A stretch of 57,185 nt of DNA, counting the filler, from Streblomastix strix (lineage: Eukaryota): NCBI GenBank assembly GCA_008636045.1. It is 3 parts of 3 records of this genome, joined end to end, with 100 filler letters (N's around TTAATTAATTAA, not from the genome) between each part and the next. Parts side by side here need not be neighbours in the genome. Positions count along the whole stretch, not along the records: positions 19,113 to 38,103 come from SNRW01000554.1; positions 38,204 to 57,185 come from SNRW01000555.1; 1 more part is not named here. One strand, 5' to 3'. Positions 28,101 through 41,389 of the stretch are shown piece after piece. Under the pieces are notes generated by a model that was given only the letters and a program-made list of their open reading frames with translations, had not been told where the DNA came from and did not search any database. The position numbers and the translations under genes are program-made. Every line of letters begins with the position of its first letter. The stretch's first letter is position 1.

Positions 28101-31100
28101 TATGGCATGTGAGATGAACGAGGAAAATTTGCAGAAGAAGTTGAATAAGACAGAAAATAGTGTTTAAAGTTATGATTAATGAATTTATTATTATTAAGAT
28201 TGTTTCTCATTTTTTTCTTTCTCCTTTATTTTTTCATTAATTAATTTATAGAAATAATTGAGTTAGAATCAGAATCTGTTTGCGATTAAGTAATAGAAAG
28301 AGATGATGATGAATATGATGATATTTAAAATGAATGGGGTAGTTTATTATCATCTGACGAACAGCTATTTTCCTTTGTTAATTCTTTCTCTTTTTCCAAT
28401 TCTTTTTCTTTCTCAACAACATCTTTTTTTATCTTCTTCTTCTTATTTTTGTTTGCTTTTTTCTCTCTTTCTTTTTCTAACTCCATTTCTCTTTCTTTTT
28501 CTTTTACTCTTTCTTTTTCTTCTTCTTCTTCTTCTTTTCTCTTTTTCAATTCAATCTACATCTATTTCTTCTTTATCTTTTTCTTTCTCTTCATTATTCT
28601 TTTCTTTACCACGATCTTTTATTTTTAAAATTCTTTTTTCATTTTCATTAATTGATTTAATTAAATTCCATAATCTTGCCTGGAATCGCCTGAGTATGAT
28701 TATAATCTACATTTATACAATATTCTCAAAGACTAATTGTTTAATAAATTTAAATATTCTTAATTTTTTTCTTACAAAATATATTATTAATTTTATTAAA
28801 GCTTTATTTGTTGTGAAGATGATAATTAAGCAGTTGACTGTGATTAAAAATATAATAATGAATTTGTATCAGTATCTTTTTCATCAATTCTAAATTCATT
28901 TCTCAAATCTGGCAAACTGAAATTTTTATTTATATTTAATCTATTTTCCATCATTCTGTTATTTTATTCTTATTATTATGTTTATAAATACAATTATTGT
29001 TATAATTACTAATTTTAAGATGGTATTCTCTTCATTTTTGCCTATATATAATTTAATTTAATTTAATTATATAAATATAATAATCTTTACTAATTTAGTA
29101 TTTAATAAATTCCAGTTTTATGCTATATATAATTATTATGCTATTATTTGAACAAATTATAGATTGTGTTGGATTCTGAGAAAGATGATTATGGAGTTGA
29201 TAATAATGAATTAATAATACTTCCTTTTGTATTTGAAAAGAATTAGGCTGCAAGTTAACCATTATTTTCACTATTTCCATATGCATTTCCAATATTTCCT
29301 TTATTTTCTATTGTCAATTAAGATTTAATGTTATTAACTATCATTCCTTATTCTATTACATTCAAACGACTGTAAAGTTAAGGCAAAAACAATTAAGAAA
29401 ATTTTGATGAGTTTTTATAGGATATAAATGATAAGAAACGGAATGAAGAAAGAAGCTAAGATTAATATGAATATGATTAAGATGAAAGAGAATTGAAGAA
29501 TGAAAGAGTTTGATGTTTTATTTAATTCAATTTTTCGTTTTAATCATGTTTATTATTATTATTTATATTTTTATATTTAACTTCTTTCAATTTATCTCCA
29601 AATTAAGCTGTGTGCAAAGCAAATTGTAAATAATCATTATTTCCTTCTCCATTAAGTTCTTATTCTTATTCATATTCTCTTCCTTTCTTTTTAATTTGCT
29701 TAATTCTTTTTCTTTCTCTATTTTCAATTTCTCTTTTTATTCTTTCCCTCTCTCTTTTTCTCAATATATTTCTATAAATGCTATCAGTAGCTCCAAGTGA
29801 ATAATAATCAATAATCTCTTTTTTATTGATATCTTTTAATTAAATTGCATTAATTTTTTATTTAATTTCATTTATGCGTTTGTACAATTATGTTGATGAA
29901 GAAGAATATGAAGATAACAATGGGTCAAATTATTTAATATAGTATTAATATTATTTCTCAAATTTCTTATAAATATTTTCTCTCGTATTTGCTTCTCCTT
30001 ACTGTAATAAATTATCTTGAAGCACTTTTTCTTAATAATCTTATTAATTTGTAAAAAGAGGCAAAATTAATTGCGTAAATAAATAAGGAAATCCAACAGG
30101 GTGATAAAAAGAATAGTTTAAAACATCGTTAGATAACATTTCTATCCTTTCTTATAAATTTTATGGGAGTATTTAATGCAAAAATGATATTAGACGATGT
30201 CGGAGGATTAAATTTGATGATGTCAAAGAAGATGAGGTCTATGGAGACTATTAAAATGAAAGATAAGAAATAGGAATTGAGGATTATTAGAAAATGTTTT
30301 AATTCTCTAAGTTATAACTCCTAGCAAAAAATGTAGATCTAAGACATATATGGAATATTTACATGAAAAAAGATGAATTAATATTCATGTTAATATTCAA
30401 ATTTGAATTTGAATAATTATATAATTATGAAGATAATGAAGAAGTGGAAGATGATGATGATGACGATTATTATGACAATTAGAGAGGCAAAATTTGTTAC
30501 TATTTATTTCCCTTATTATCAATTTTCTTTATAATAATATTTTGGCTATTTCCTGTTGGGTTTTATTATTGAGATTAAGGAATTTAAATTTATTGCTGTT
30601 GCTATTTTGTCCTGACATTCGGCGTCACTTAATTCTAAATATTAATTTATTATTATCCTCCCTAAGACGATTATGAAGAAAATGCCATTTGTTAAAATCC
30701 TGCAACATGTGTTATTTAATTTATTTGTTATTACTATTAAGATTATGATTATTAAAGTTATTATTATAAAGAAAGCGCAGTAGGTTAAACAGTTTGAATT
30801 TATCGTTGATTTAGCTATTATTATGATGATAACGATGTTGCTGTTGATGACTAAGAATAATAATTAACTAATTAAACAGAAGAAGTAGCAGCAGGAGATT
30901 ATTATTATTATTACGATTGCTTAATAATTTATTAAGAAGAAGATATTGTTGCATTTCCTTATTTAATATTTGTATTCCCTTTAATATCAAATTATTATTA
31001 AAAAGAATTCTAATAATTAATATTGTTCTATTATAGCTATTCATCTGCAGGAAGGATTAATTATTCTAATGAAACTGAGAGAGAAGCTTTTTAATAGGCA

Positions 31101-34100
31101 AATTATATCAATTCTTTATCCTCATATAATTATTAAATAAATTATTATTAATAAGCAAATGAAGAAGATAATGAAGAACTTTATTATTATATTTATTTAT
31201 ATAATTTTAATAATATTTATATAAGATTGAGATAATATGGATATAAATTTGATAATAATTACCACATTTACAATCGTTGAATAGAAAGAAGGTGAGGGAA
31301 ACGAAAACTGCGAATTGTTTTAATCATTCGAATTTTTGAAGGAGGAGAAGATGAGGAAGAAGGGTATTAAGAAAATTATTATTAATAATTATTCTCTTCA
31401 GATATCTTTTGCTTTATCATTTTTTCTATTATGCATGGTGGATAAATAGAAAGAATTGTATTAAAATAATGATCATGAGGAAGATTATTAATATTACTTT
31501 AATTTATTCCAAATTTCTATTTTTATTATTATTAATCTTACTCAATAATAATTCCCAGTTCATCTTATTTCAATTCTTCTTTTATTTCCAAAATTTCACT
31601 TTCATATTCATTCAAACTGGGACATTCGCATATTAATCTTACAAGCGAATTAATAAATAGTTTTAGTGACAATAGAATAAATTAAATTTTATCTTTATTA
31701 TCTTTTAATACATTATTCATATTAATATTCATTGAAGTAGTAATGTTGTTAATCAAATTCACACTTTCCTCTTTTTCAATTTCAACCATTTTGATTGTCA
31801 TTCTCATTACCTCTTCTTTCTTTTCATATCCAATCGGTTCAACAGAAATCCATATTATATTAAATAATTCAAATATTTCAGTTATTATTTCAGAATCTCT
31901 GAATTGTTATAAAAAGAAAGGAAATTTATCAATAAGAAAAGAAGAAAGTTTGAGAAATGGTTGATTGGATTACGTAAGAGAAGGTTAAGCTGCCTATTTT
32001 TATTTTTATTGTAGAATTTTTTCTACATTATTAGAATCTTCGATCCCCTTTTCCTAATAACACAATATTCCTTAATCAATTAAAACTAGTTCCCTTAAAG
32101 TTTGAATAAATAGTGAAATTTTTATTTTATTCTTTTGTTCTTATCTTTGAAATTCAATTTTTTATTATTATAGCTGTGATTAATATATCTATTACTATTA
32201 CTATTATGAAAATTATGGTTAAAATTATTATTATGATGATTAAGGTTGTTACTAAGTAGAAGATATAGAAGGATGATGTTATTGTGCTTATTAGGAAGGG
32301 CGAGATTATGGAGGAGGCATCGCATTGGAGTCTGAAGAATCTTATTATTACACTTAATACTGCTAATTAATGTTTATTTTCTATCCTTAATTAATTGCAA
32401 CATTGTTTTATACATTTCCAGATGTTACAGTTGCTCTTTATTATTATAATTAGGAAGGCGTTTATAATTAAATCTAAGAAGGCAGTTATTATTATTACTA
32501 TTATTATTATTATTATCCACTTGTTCTATCTATATTAGCAACATTCAATCCAGTCATATTTCTCGATTATTATTACTGAAATTATTATTAAATTTGTGGT
32601 TATTTTTCTTAATTTATAAGCATTTATTATTATTTAGATAATGATTATTGTGTGTTTTAAAGTAACTTTCGTAATTTAGACATAATTTCTTAATAAAAAA
32701 TTTAAATATTACAAATTCCATCTTTGCTTATTCGACGAAATCGATCAAGTTCAGAATCATCAACAACATCTTCAATATTATCTTCTTCTTTATCATATTC
32801 TTCCTCAGCACTATTTTCATTTTCTAATTTCTTATCATCTAAATCAATCTCCATTAATCCTTTTCTTTTCTTATCTTTATTGTACTATTTTATAATATTT
32901 CCATTATATAATCTCTTGGATAATACAATATTTATATCATTGTATTCTTTATTCATTTCTCTTCCTTCTTCTTTGATTACGTCTATTTCCTTATCCATCT
33001 TACTATTAATTATCTCATTCTCGATCTATTTCACATTCTTGTTCTTATTTATTTCTATCAAATTAAACTCATTAATAACAGAATAAGGATAAAGTGATGC
33101 TAAAAATGAAGCACTCTCTAAAAATTTCAGTTTTGAAATCTCACTCTCCTTTTTATCACCTTCTTAACTATCTGAAGCAATGTCAAATAGTAATAATATA
33201 TATATAATATAATTATTATTTTTTATTAATAGTGCATTCGATTGCAAGTTTGAATTTAATATAATAACTGTATTTCTGACATTTTATAGATATTTATATT
33301 TTAAAGCTAATTAAATTAAATTCTTTACAATAAAATCGGCAGCAAAGATGTGATTTTCTGAAGAGTTACAATGAATAATAAGTAAAATAAAAAATAAAAT
33401 AAATTTTATAATAATAATCGAACCTTTCCTCATCCTTTCACTTAATTCCTTTGCAAATGAAATAAATCTGTTATTTTCTTATGCAAGCATTTTTAAACAA
33501 CTATACATCATCAATGTATCTTTTTCATCATATTTTTCATCTAAATCATGGAGAACCTATATATAATTAACAGTAACTTCACATGCTTATCTAATTGATT
33601 CAAAAGCCGATTTGAGATTCTTATTTTCTCCTTTGAATTATTAGTCCAACATTTAAATTCTTTCTTTTATTTGTAATATTTCATTATCTAATGGAGTGCA
33701 GAGATTTAGTTAATGGAGTGATTATAGAGAAGAAGATGATGATAAAGAAGGAGGAGGAGGGGAAGGTGGTAGCTGAGATTATTGTTATTGAGAAGATGAT
33801 GGTTATTATTATGAAGATGAAACCTGAGTCTATTACTATTAAAGTTCTTATATTATTATTTGATTCTATTATCCTTATATTTATTTCTCCTGTACAACTA
33901 ATTTCCTCTGCTATTTCATTTTCTCTTTATCCTTTAGCTTTGCTTATTCATTATATAATAATTAACATAATTTACTCACCTTAATTGCCAATTTGTCAGA
34001 ATTACGAAAAACTAAATTATCTTAAGGCAAAGCTAGCTATTAATATAATGCAGGAGGTAAAGGAGGCAAAGGAGGTGAGGGTGCAATCGTTTATCCTGGT

Positions 34101-37100
34101 TATTATTATATCACAATGGAAGTAGCTGCATGAGCACCTTAAGTTTATTATTATAAGTTTCCAATCATATTCATTAATAATTATTATTCTTTTTCACTCC
34201 CACAAATATCCTCAAATTTTTTCAGATACGTTTCAGAATAATTCTTCATTTTATTTAATGAATATCGTTTTAATTAATTAATATATTTAATATTGACTGG
34301 AGAATATATGGAAGAAATTATATATGGAGGGAATATAGAACATTAAGAACCAGGATGATGTATATTGTTAAGTTTTAATGGATTAAACTTTTATAATGAT
34401 ATTTCTGTTAGTTTATCTATTTAAGGCAATTCATTATTGTCAATGTAATCATTTTCAATATTTTCTTCAATTACTCCTCCTGCTTCTTCCTCCTCCCTTT
34501 CCTCATCATCATCTTCTTCTTCTTCTTCTTCCAATACATCTCTCATTTCCTCCAAATCTCTTTTTGTATCTTCTTCATTTTATTTCTCAATTTATTGTTC
34601 TAATTCTTTCATTTCTTATTCCTTTATCTTTTAGTATTCCAAATATTATTATTCTCTTATTTTTTCCTCGTCTACTGCTTATTCTTTATCTTTTTACATT
34701 TTTGGCCCTTTTTCTTTTCTTTATTTTTATTTTTATTATTGTTGTTCAAGTTCTTTTTATTTCTATTTTTCTTTTTCTTTCTTCTCTTTTTCCTTTTTTT
34801 CTTTTTCTTTCTCTTTTTCTTTCTCTTTTTTCTTTCTTTTCAATTCTTCCTCTTTTATTTTTCCTTTATCCTTCTCTTTATTTTTCTCTCTTTCAATCTC
34901 CTTCTCTTTATCTAATTATTATTATTATTCCTCTTTTCTTTTCTTTTCTCTCAATTTCTCCTTTTAATTTTCCTTTTTCCATTCTTCCTGTGCTTTCTCT
35001 CCAAACGCTACTTCAATTAATTAAGACCAATTACCAACTTGATCTGAAGTAATAGATTCAATTTCCTTACTTCTTTAATGGAAATGAAGGATTTATCTAA
35101 TTGATTGTGTGACTTAATTTACGATTGGTCTATCTTCTAATTCATATGATGTTACGAATAGCATTAATTAAGGAAGAAATAATTTTTGTGATAAAAATAT
35201 CACTTCCCGAGATTAAAGGATGCATTCATTCAGTTTAAGTTACCAATGAGATTGACTCTTTTATAAATATGATTATTGTTATTATTATAACTTTTGAGCT
35301 TGAGAAGATAAAAATGGAGATTAAAATTATTGTAATGGCGATAAATGTATTTATTCATTATCTTTATATCCTATTTAAGCAAATTTCATCAACTCAAGAA
35401 GGATTTTAACCCATTTTGGTGTCGAATAAGGCAATTTATGTTCTATTTACCTTTATTCAAATGGGTAGTTAATTTGCTTATATTAACGTGGTATTGGTAA
35501 TTGTTATTTATACTGTGAAGATTATAATGATGTAGATATTGAATTTGAAGGAGGTGAACGGGATGATGGAGTGGAAGGAGATTATGACCGTAAAACATCG
35601 ACTTTCTAATTCTATTCTTTTTCTTTCGTATCAATCTTAGTTTCATCTTCGCCAAAAATCTATTTTAATATACTATTTTCAAATTAATCAAATATGCCTA
35701 TTTAATTTTAAGATTTAAGTGAACCAGGGTGACCATAAAGTGAATAAAATCCTGAAATTTATGATTTTAATTTAATTTAAGATATAATATTAAGTTCCGG
35801 AGGAATAAGCCTGTCTAAGAATATAAGATATTAATATCTCTTCCTATACTATTACTTGCTTATGTCATTTGAAACTTTTCTTTTTTATTCTTTCTCTTCA
35901 TCTGTCAAATCTTCTTCTTTATTTAATTCACTTTCGTTTTCTTAGTTATCTAAAACATTACTAAATAAATCATATTTATTTGTAAAATTAAAACACATAT
36001 GTATTCGTTCATGCTGCTATTATTATTGTTCATTTGAGTCAGGGTAAGGAATTTCTATTTCATTTAATTATTGATTAATTAATAACTAGTTAAAGAATTA
36101 AATACGATTATCTTGTTTTTTTGATGGATATTTTAATTGCAAAGATGTAGGTTGTGTTGAAGATGATGATTATGATGATGAAGAAGATGATGTTGGTTAA
36201 ACTGCAAGTAACCTTTCTAACTTAACTTTTTCTTCATAATTCAATAATTTCTAGATCACCAATTTCTGAACCATTCGAGCAACTCGCAAAGGATTTGGTT
36301 AATTAAAAGCTTAATTATCATTATTTTCATTAAATTCCTCTAATTCAATTTCTTTTCATTCTTCGTTTTTATTTTCTTCATTTTTTTCAGTGTAATTATT
36401 TATTTAATTCCATTCGTTATCATTCCAAATTATAATCAATGGAACTATGCATGCTATCAAATTTTTTAATATTTCTCCTTCACTTTCTATTTATTTGTAA
36501 CATTTTTCGTAAAATTTTTATTCTATTGTGTACTATTAAATTTTATTTTGTATTTAGGTATATTACTAAAGTTGCTATTAACTAAATTGTTATTAATGAT
36601 GTTATAATTATTGTTGCTATTATTTCTATTAATATAATATAATTAGTTATGAATTGATATTTTATTATTATTATTTACTATATTAATATGAAAGCATTAT
36701 ACTCTCCGATTCTCCTTCCAATACCCTGTTTTATGTTAGAATTATGTTTATATATAAAGCTAGCAAGTCATTCACTTACAATTTGCTATAATAAGCAGAA
36801 ATTACAGCTAAATAATTTGGGATAAGAGTATGCATGTCTTTTATTTATAAAATGAATATGAGAATTCGATGGGAGAAATTGGTAGGAAGATGAAGTAAAG
36901 AGAGAATAAATGTAGTGAAAAAGAGAATTTCGTGTAAGAGGCCGGGATCAGAAACTAAATTCTGATAAAATAAGTGAATATTTGATGAAGAAGATGAATC
37001 ATGTTATTCTTAATCTTCTTTTTCCTTTTCCAAATTACTGTTTTCTTAGTTATTATCCTTTTCTCCTTTTCTTAATTATTATATTCTCATTTTTTATTCA

Positions 37101-38101
37101 GTTTATTATGCACTAAGAATAGCCTTAGGAAAAATAAGACCTTCTTACATATAAAATTAAAGAATGAGAGAAAGAACTGAAGATGAAAATGATGATGAAG
37201 AAGAAGAAGAATACTTAGAAGATTTTTATTTATTTGTATATGTCCAGCTATTAATATTCATTCCTTTCCAAATAATTTCTCTCTCATATTAAGACAAACA
37301 TCCTCCTTCCCCTTCTTCATCTTCATCTCCTGTCATTCTATTATTTTCTTTTTAATTTTCTTTTTCTCTTGTATCTTCATTTCTTTGCTTTCTTTGCTTT
37401 AATTCTCTTCTTCTACCTCTCATTAATTATGATAATGAATATGCAATTGGTTCAGCAACAAATCGAAGGAGTGTTCTTTTAAGCTATTTAGAGAATTGCA
37501 TATTTGAAGGTGAGGATGGAGTAAGTGTGGTTGATATTTGAGAAGATTGAGGATTAGGAGGCTTAAATATATAATTAGTTATTAATCTCAATATTTTAAC
37601 TCGTGTAATAATAGGAAATATAACAGGGAATTCAAATAAGAAGAATTTTTGTATAAAAGAAAAATCTTCATTTAATTCCGACGTTAGGATTCGTGTAAGA
37701 CTAAGAATGGAAATGAATTAGTAATGTGTAAGATTATCAGCAAATTAAGATGGTTTTCTTTCATTTTCATTTTTTTCTCCTTTATACACTTCTTCTTTGG
37801 AACTTATTCTCAGATAAATAATTAATGCACCACTAATCTATCTAATTATATCAATAATTCCAGTATCATATGAAATCAATTGGAATAAAAGTGGAGAATT
37901 AACAGTTAAATATATAAAAGAATTGATTACATGAGTGAATTATTGTATAATCTGTTATGAATATGAATATTATTATGAGGTTTATGAAGAAAAGTAATAT
38001 TATGGCTCGTTTTATATTACTGATAAAATTAATTATGATTTAAATTTAAACATAATAAAATCATCTTTTAATCTCAGAATTTCTTCTGTCGTAAAATCTT
38101 G
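19115..38101 (-). CDS. TRRAP: TRRAP/Tra1-like PIKK-family protein (HEAT-FAT-PI3K-like), partial at both ends; ~6,330 codons in one frame
   Basis: With TAR=Gln one minus frame is open across the whole contig except for TGA at 36356-36358. Tra1-like motifs occur in the expected order: LTIPSSIYAHSASNSKTW (~27320), SQQQLYMHA (~25590), WINRSLSSFHTPSHWHQSAIWR (~23850-23915), YLQA (~22730), AQTFPQSLFFQLRT (~21917-21958; cf. Tra1 YPQALHFQLRT), LRYLLTWRDIL...SIPG (~20790-20920) and IPVSIPLAQDLILVRD (~19585-19632; cf. LPIAIPLSPQVRIMND). Confidence 0.78.
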
Positions 38102-38103
38102 AA

Positions 38104-38203
38104 NNNNNNNNNNNNNNNNNNNNNNNNNNNNNNNNNNNNNNNNNNNNTTAATTAATTAANNNNNNNNNNNNNNNNNNNNNNNNNNNNNNNNNNNNNNNNN
38201 NNN
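38104..38203. other. Artificial 100-nt contig linker
   Basis: N44-TTAATTAATTAA-N44, identical to the first linker. Confidence 0.95.
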
Positions 38204-38600
38204 AGGAGGAACTGGAATTGCTTTTTCTGGAATTTCAATTAAATTTAATAAATCTTACTAAATAATATTTATATCTTAAACAAATATTGCTTATTCTTCA
38301 ATATTTTAAGTATCTTTATCAATATTTTGACCTGAAATAGAACCCAATTAATTATTCAATTTTGTTTCTTAGATTGAAACAAACTCATCAGAATCAATTG
38401 AAATACTATATCATTTGTTTTAATTCTCATTAGAAATTTTGAATTTTTGCAGATCTTTTTCATTAGATTAATTTAGAAAAAAGCAAATTCATTTTTCATT
38501 CATTTCCTTCCTTTTTTATGAGTCTTTTTTTCATGTTTTTTCAAATAAGGATTAAAATCATTATTATTAAGTTCCAATTTAAAAATGATTAGCTGACAAC
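38204..38600 (-). pseudogene. Coding-like fragment of an unknown gene, frameshifted
   Basis: KLELNNNDFNPYLKKHEKKTHKKGRK*MKNEFAF, then a frame change to NQSNEKDLQK...NK*YSISIDSDEF...EIPEKAIPVPP up to the contig edge. Confidence 0.35.
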
Positions 38601-38769
38601 TATTAAATAAAATAAAAACAATATATAAAATGAACTGTATTTAATTATAAAATTAAATAAAATTTTAGAAACACTTTTATTTGGAAATAAAATTAAATTA
38701 AAATAAGTATGAATATATATAATTTAAAATAAATTGAAAATTAATAATATGATGAAATTTTTTAATTAA

Positions 38770-40378
38770 ATTAAAATAAAGATCAAATGGATTGGATAAT
38801 AAATAAAAAAATAGAGATCAAGTAGATTGGAATAAAAATAATATAAATTAATTAAATCTGTAGATGGTTTTTAAATTAAACAAAAAATTATTTAAATAAT
38901 TGAATTTAAATATAAAAAATATCAAGTAGACTAGATTTTAATTAAACTAAAAAAAATATCCAGTGAATATGATTTTAATCAAATTAAAAATATATCCAGT
39001 TAACTGGATTTAAATTAAATTAAAAAAAATATCAAATGGACTGGATTAAAACAAATTTAAAAAAATTTCGAGTGTACTGGATTTAAATTATATTAAAAAA
39101 ATATCCAGTGGATTGGATTTAAATTAAATTAAAAAAAGTATCCAATGGATTGGATTTCAATTAAATTAAAAAAATAACAAGTGAGCTGGATTATAATTAA
39201 ATTAAAAAATATTCAGTTGACATGATTCAAATTAAATTAAAAAATTATCGAGTGGACTGGATTTAAATTAAATTAAAAATATATCCAATGGACTTGATTT
39301 AAATTAAACTAAAAATAAATATCCAAAAGATTAGATTTTAATTTAATTAGAAAAATATCCAATGGACTGGATTTGAATTAAATTAAAAAAATTTTGAGTG
39401 TACTGGATTAAAATTAATTTAAAAAAATATCGAATGGACTGGATTCAAATTAAATTTAAAAAATATCCAGTGGACTGGATTTAAATTAAATTAAAAAAAT
39501 GTATTTAGTGGACAGGATTTAAATTATATTAAAAAAAATATCCAATGGATTGGATTTAAATTAAATTAAAATAATATTCAGTGGACTGGATTTAAATTAA
39601 TTTAAAAAAATATCCAGTGGACGGGATTTAAATTAAATTAAAAAAAAGTATGTACTGGACTGGATTTAAATTAAATTTAAAATATTTCCAATGGATTGGA
39701 TTTTAATTAAATTAAAAAAATATCGAATGGACTGGATTTAAATTAAATTAAAAAAATATCCAATGTACTAGATTTAAATTAAATTAAAAAAAATATCCAG
39801 TGGACTGGATTTAAATTAAATTAAAAAAATGTATCTAGTGGACGGGATTTAAATTAAATTTAAAATATATCCAATGGATTGGATTTTAATTAAACTAAAA
39901 AAATATCGAATTGACTGGATTTAAATTAATTTAAAAAAATATCCAATGTACAGGATTTAAATTAATTTAAAAAAATATCGAATGGACTGGATTTAAATTA
40001 AATTAAAAAAAATATCCAGTGGACTGGATTTAAATTCAATTTAAAAAATATCCAGTTGACTGGATTTAAATTAATTTAAAAAAAATATCTAGTGTACTAG
40101 ATTTAAATTAAGTTTAAATAATATCCAGTGGATTGTATTTAAATATAATTAAAAAAATAACGAGTGGACGGGATTTAAATTAATTTAAAAAAATATCCAA
40201 TGGATTGGATTTTAATTAAATTTAAAAAATATCGAATGGACTGGATTTAAATTAAATTTAAAAAAATATCCAGTTGACTGGATTTAAATTAAATTAAAAA
40301 AATATCGAATGGACCGGATTAAAATTAATTTAAAATAAATATCCAGTTGACCGGATTTAAATACAATTAAAAAAAATA
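38770..40378. repeat. ~39-40 bp tandem satellite, consensus AAAAAAATATCCAGTGGACTGGATTTAAATTAAATT, roughly 35-40 copies
   Basis: Directly visible. Each unit holds the inverted repeat ATCCAG-TGGA-CTGGAT. Copies are more degenerate toward the left end, and there are no unique spacers. Confidence 0.95.
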
Positions 40379-40379
40379 G

Positions 40380-40637
40380 GATTAACTTTTAGACACAACT
40401 TTTTAGAAAATCCAAGAAGACCTGAAGAAACCATTTGATGGAACAGAAGAATGGAAGTAAGAAATAGTTAAGAATAAAGAAAATAGTTGTTAACTAATAA
40501 GATCGAATTTGAAAGGAAATGTTGTTGCAATATTCGGAAGATAATTATTAAAGCTGGTGTAATAGAAAGTTTCAACTTTATATTTGAAAATCGTTAGATT
40601 AAATCATTAGCATGAACATACTCATTGACATTTTTGT
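40380..40637 (+). pseudogene. Exon relic of a lineage-specific helical-repeat gene family, truncated by an insertion starting TAGGGTTGTAGCC
   Basis: After an AG acceptor it reads DQLLDTTFQKIQEDLKKPFDGTEEWKQEIV...(frameshift) KAGVIESFNFIFENRQIKSLA*TYSLTFL. Confidence 0.45.
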
Positions 40638-41389
40638 TAGGGTTGTAGCCTAAGTCTGCCCATATATGCCTCTGTAAGCCCATGAAATAATGCTTCAATT
40701 GAATTTTTTCAAATGAAAAAAAATTTTGAAAACATTTTTTTAAAGAAGATATAAATTTTTATTAAAAATATTTTATTTTTATATTATATTATATTTAATG
40801 TTAAACAAACATTATTAGACATAATTTTATTATTGCTACAAAAAAGTTAAGTTTAGGATTTTGGCGAATTTTTTTGTTGGGCTAATATGTTTTCTTAATA
40901 ATCATAAATCTATATTTCATTATTGAATATATAAAAATTATTTCTACAAAATATCTTGAAGATTATCTTTGTGATTATTCTAATTGTTATCTAGTTATTC
41001 CATGGTTTCGAATTTGCGAAGATTAGTAATATAGTTAGGACGTCCACTGCTCCATTTGATTTAATTTAATAATTTAATAATTAATTAAAAATCTTGAGGT
41101 CTTTTCGCAATTTTTATGAATTTTTAGCAAGTTTTTAAGTGATTTTCTGCAGAATTTCAATATTTTATTTTATCGATTTTGCCTGTTTTTCATAGTATAT
41201 TTATCGTAATTTATATAAAAATTTAAAAAATTTGTTTCATATTTTTTCTTAATTATTATTCTCAAATGTTGAATTTTATTAGTAAGAATTTAATTATTTT
41301 TGGAACATTTCGTTTTTTAAAATATATTATTAATTCTTAAAAATAGTCAAAGAAATTTATACTTCATATAAAAATCATCATTTTATAAA

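Noticed and set aside
29042..29292. Intron or frameshift in the TRRAP gene near 29.0-29.3 kb (track ORF 29095-29292 is in another frame)
   Set aside because: The main frame reads through without TGA when TAR=Gln, so no intron is needed.
25678..35052. Hydrophobic F/L/I-rich plus-strand ORFs in the track (e.g. 28303-28893, 34396-35052) as membrane proteins
   Set aside because: They are antisense shadows of E/K-rich stretches of the minus-strand TRRAP frame.
38770..40378. CRISPR array (palindromic ~39-bp repeats)
   Set aside because: The units are directly tandem with no unique spacers, there are no cas genes, and the context is eukaryotic.
40638..40700. Complete third hAT starting TAGGGTTGTAGCC
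   Set aside because: No matching opposite TIR, TSD or transposase was found in this contig.
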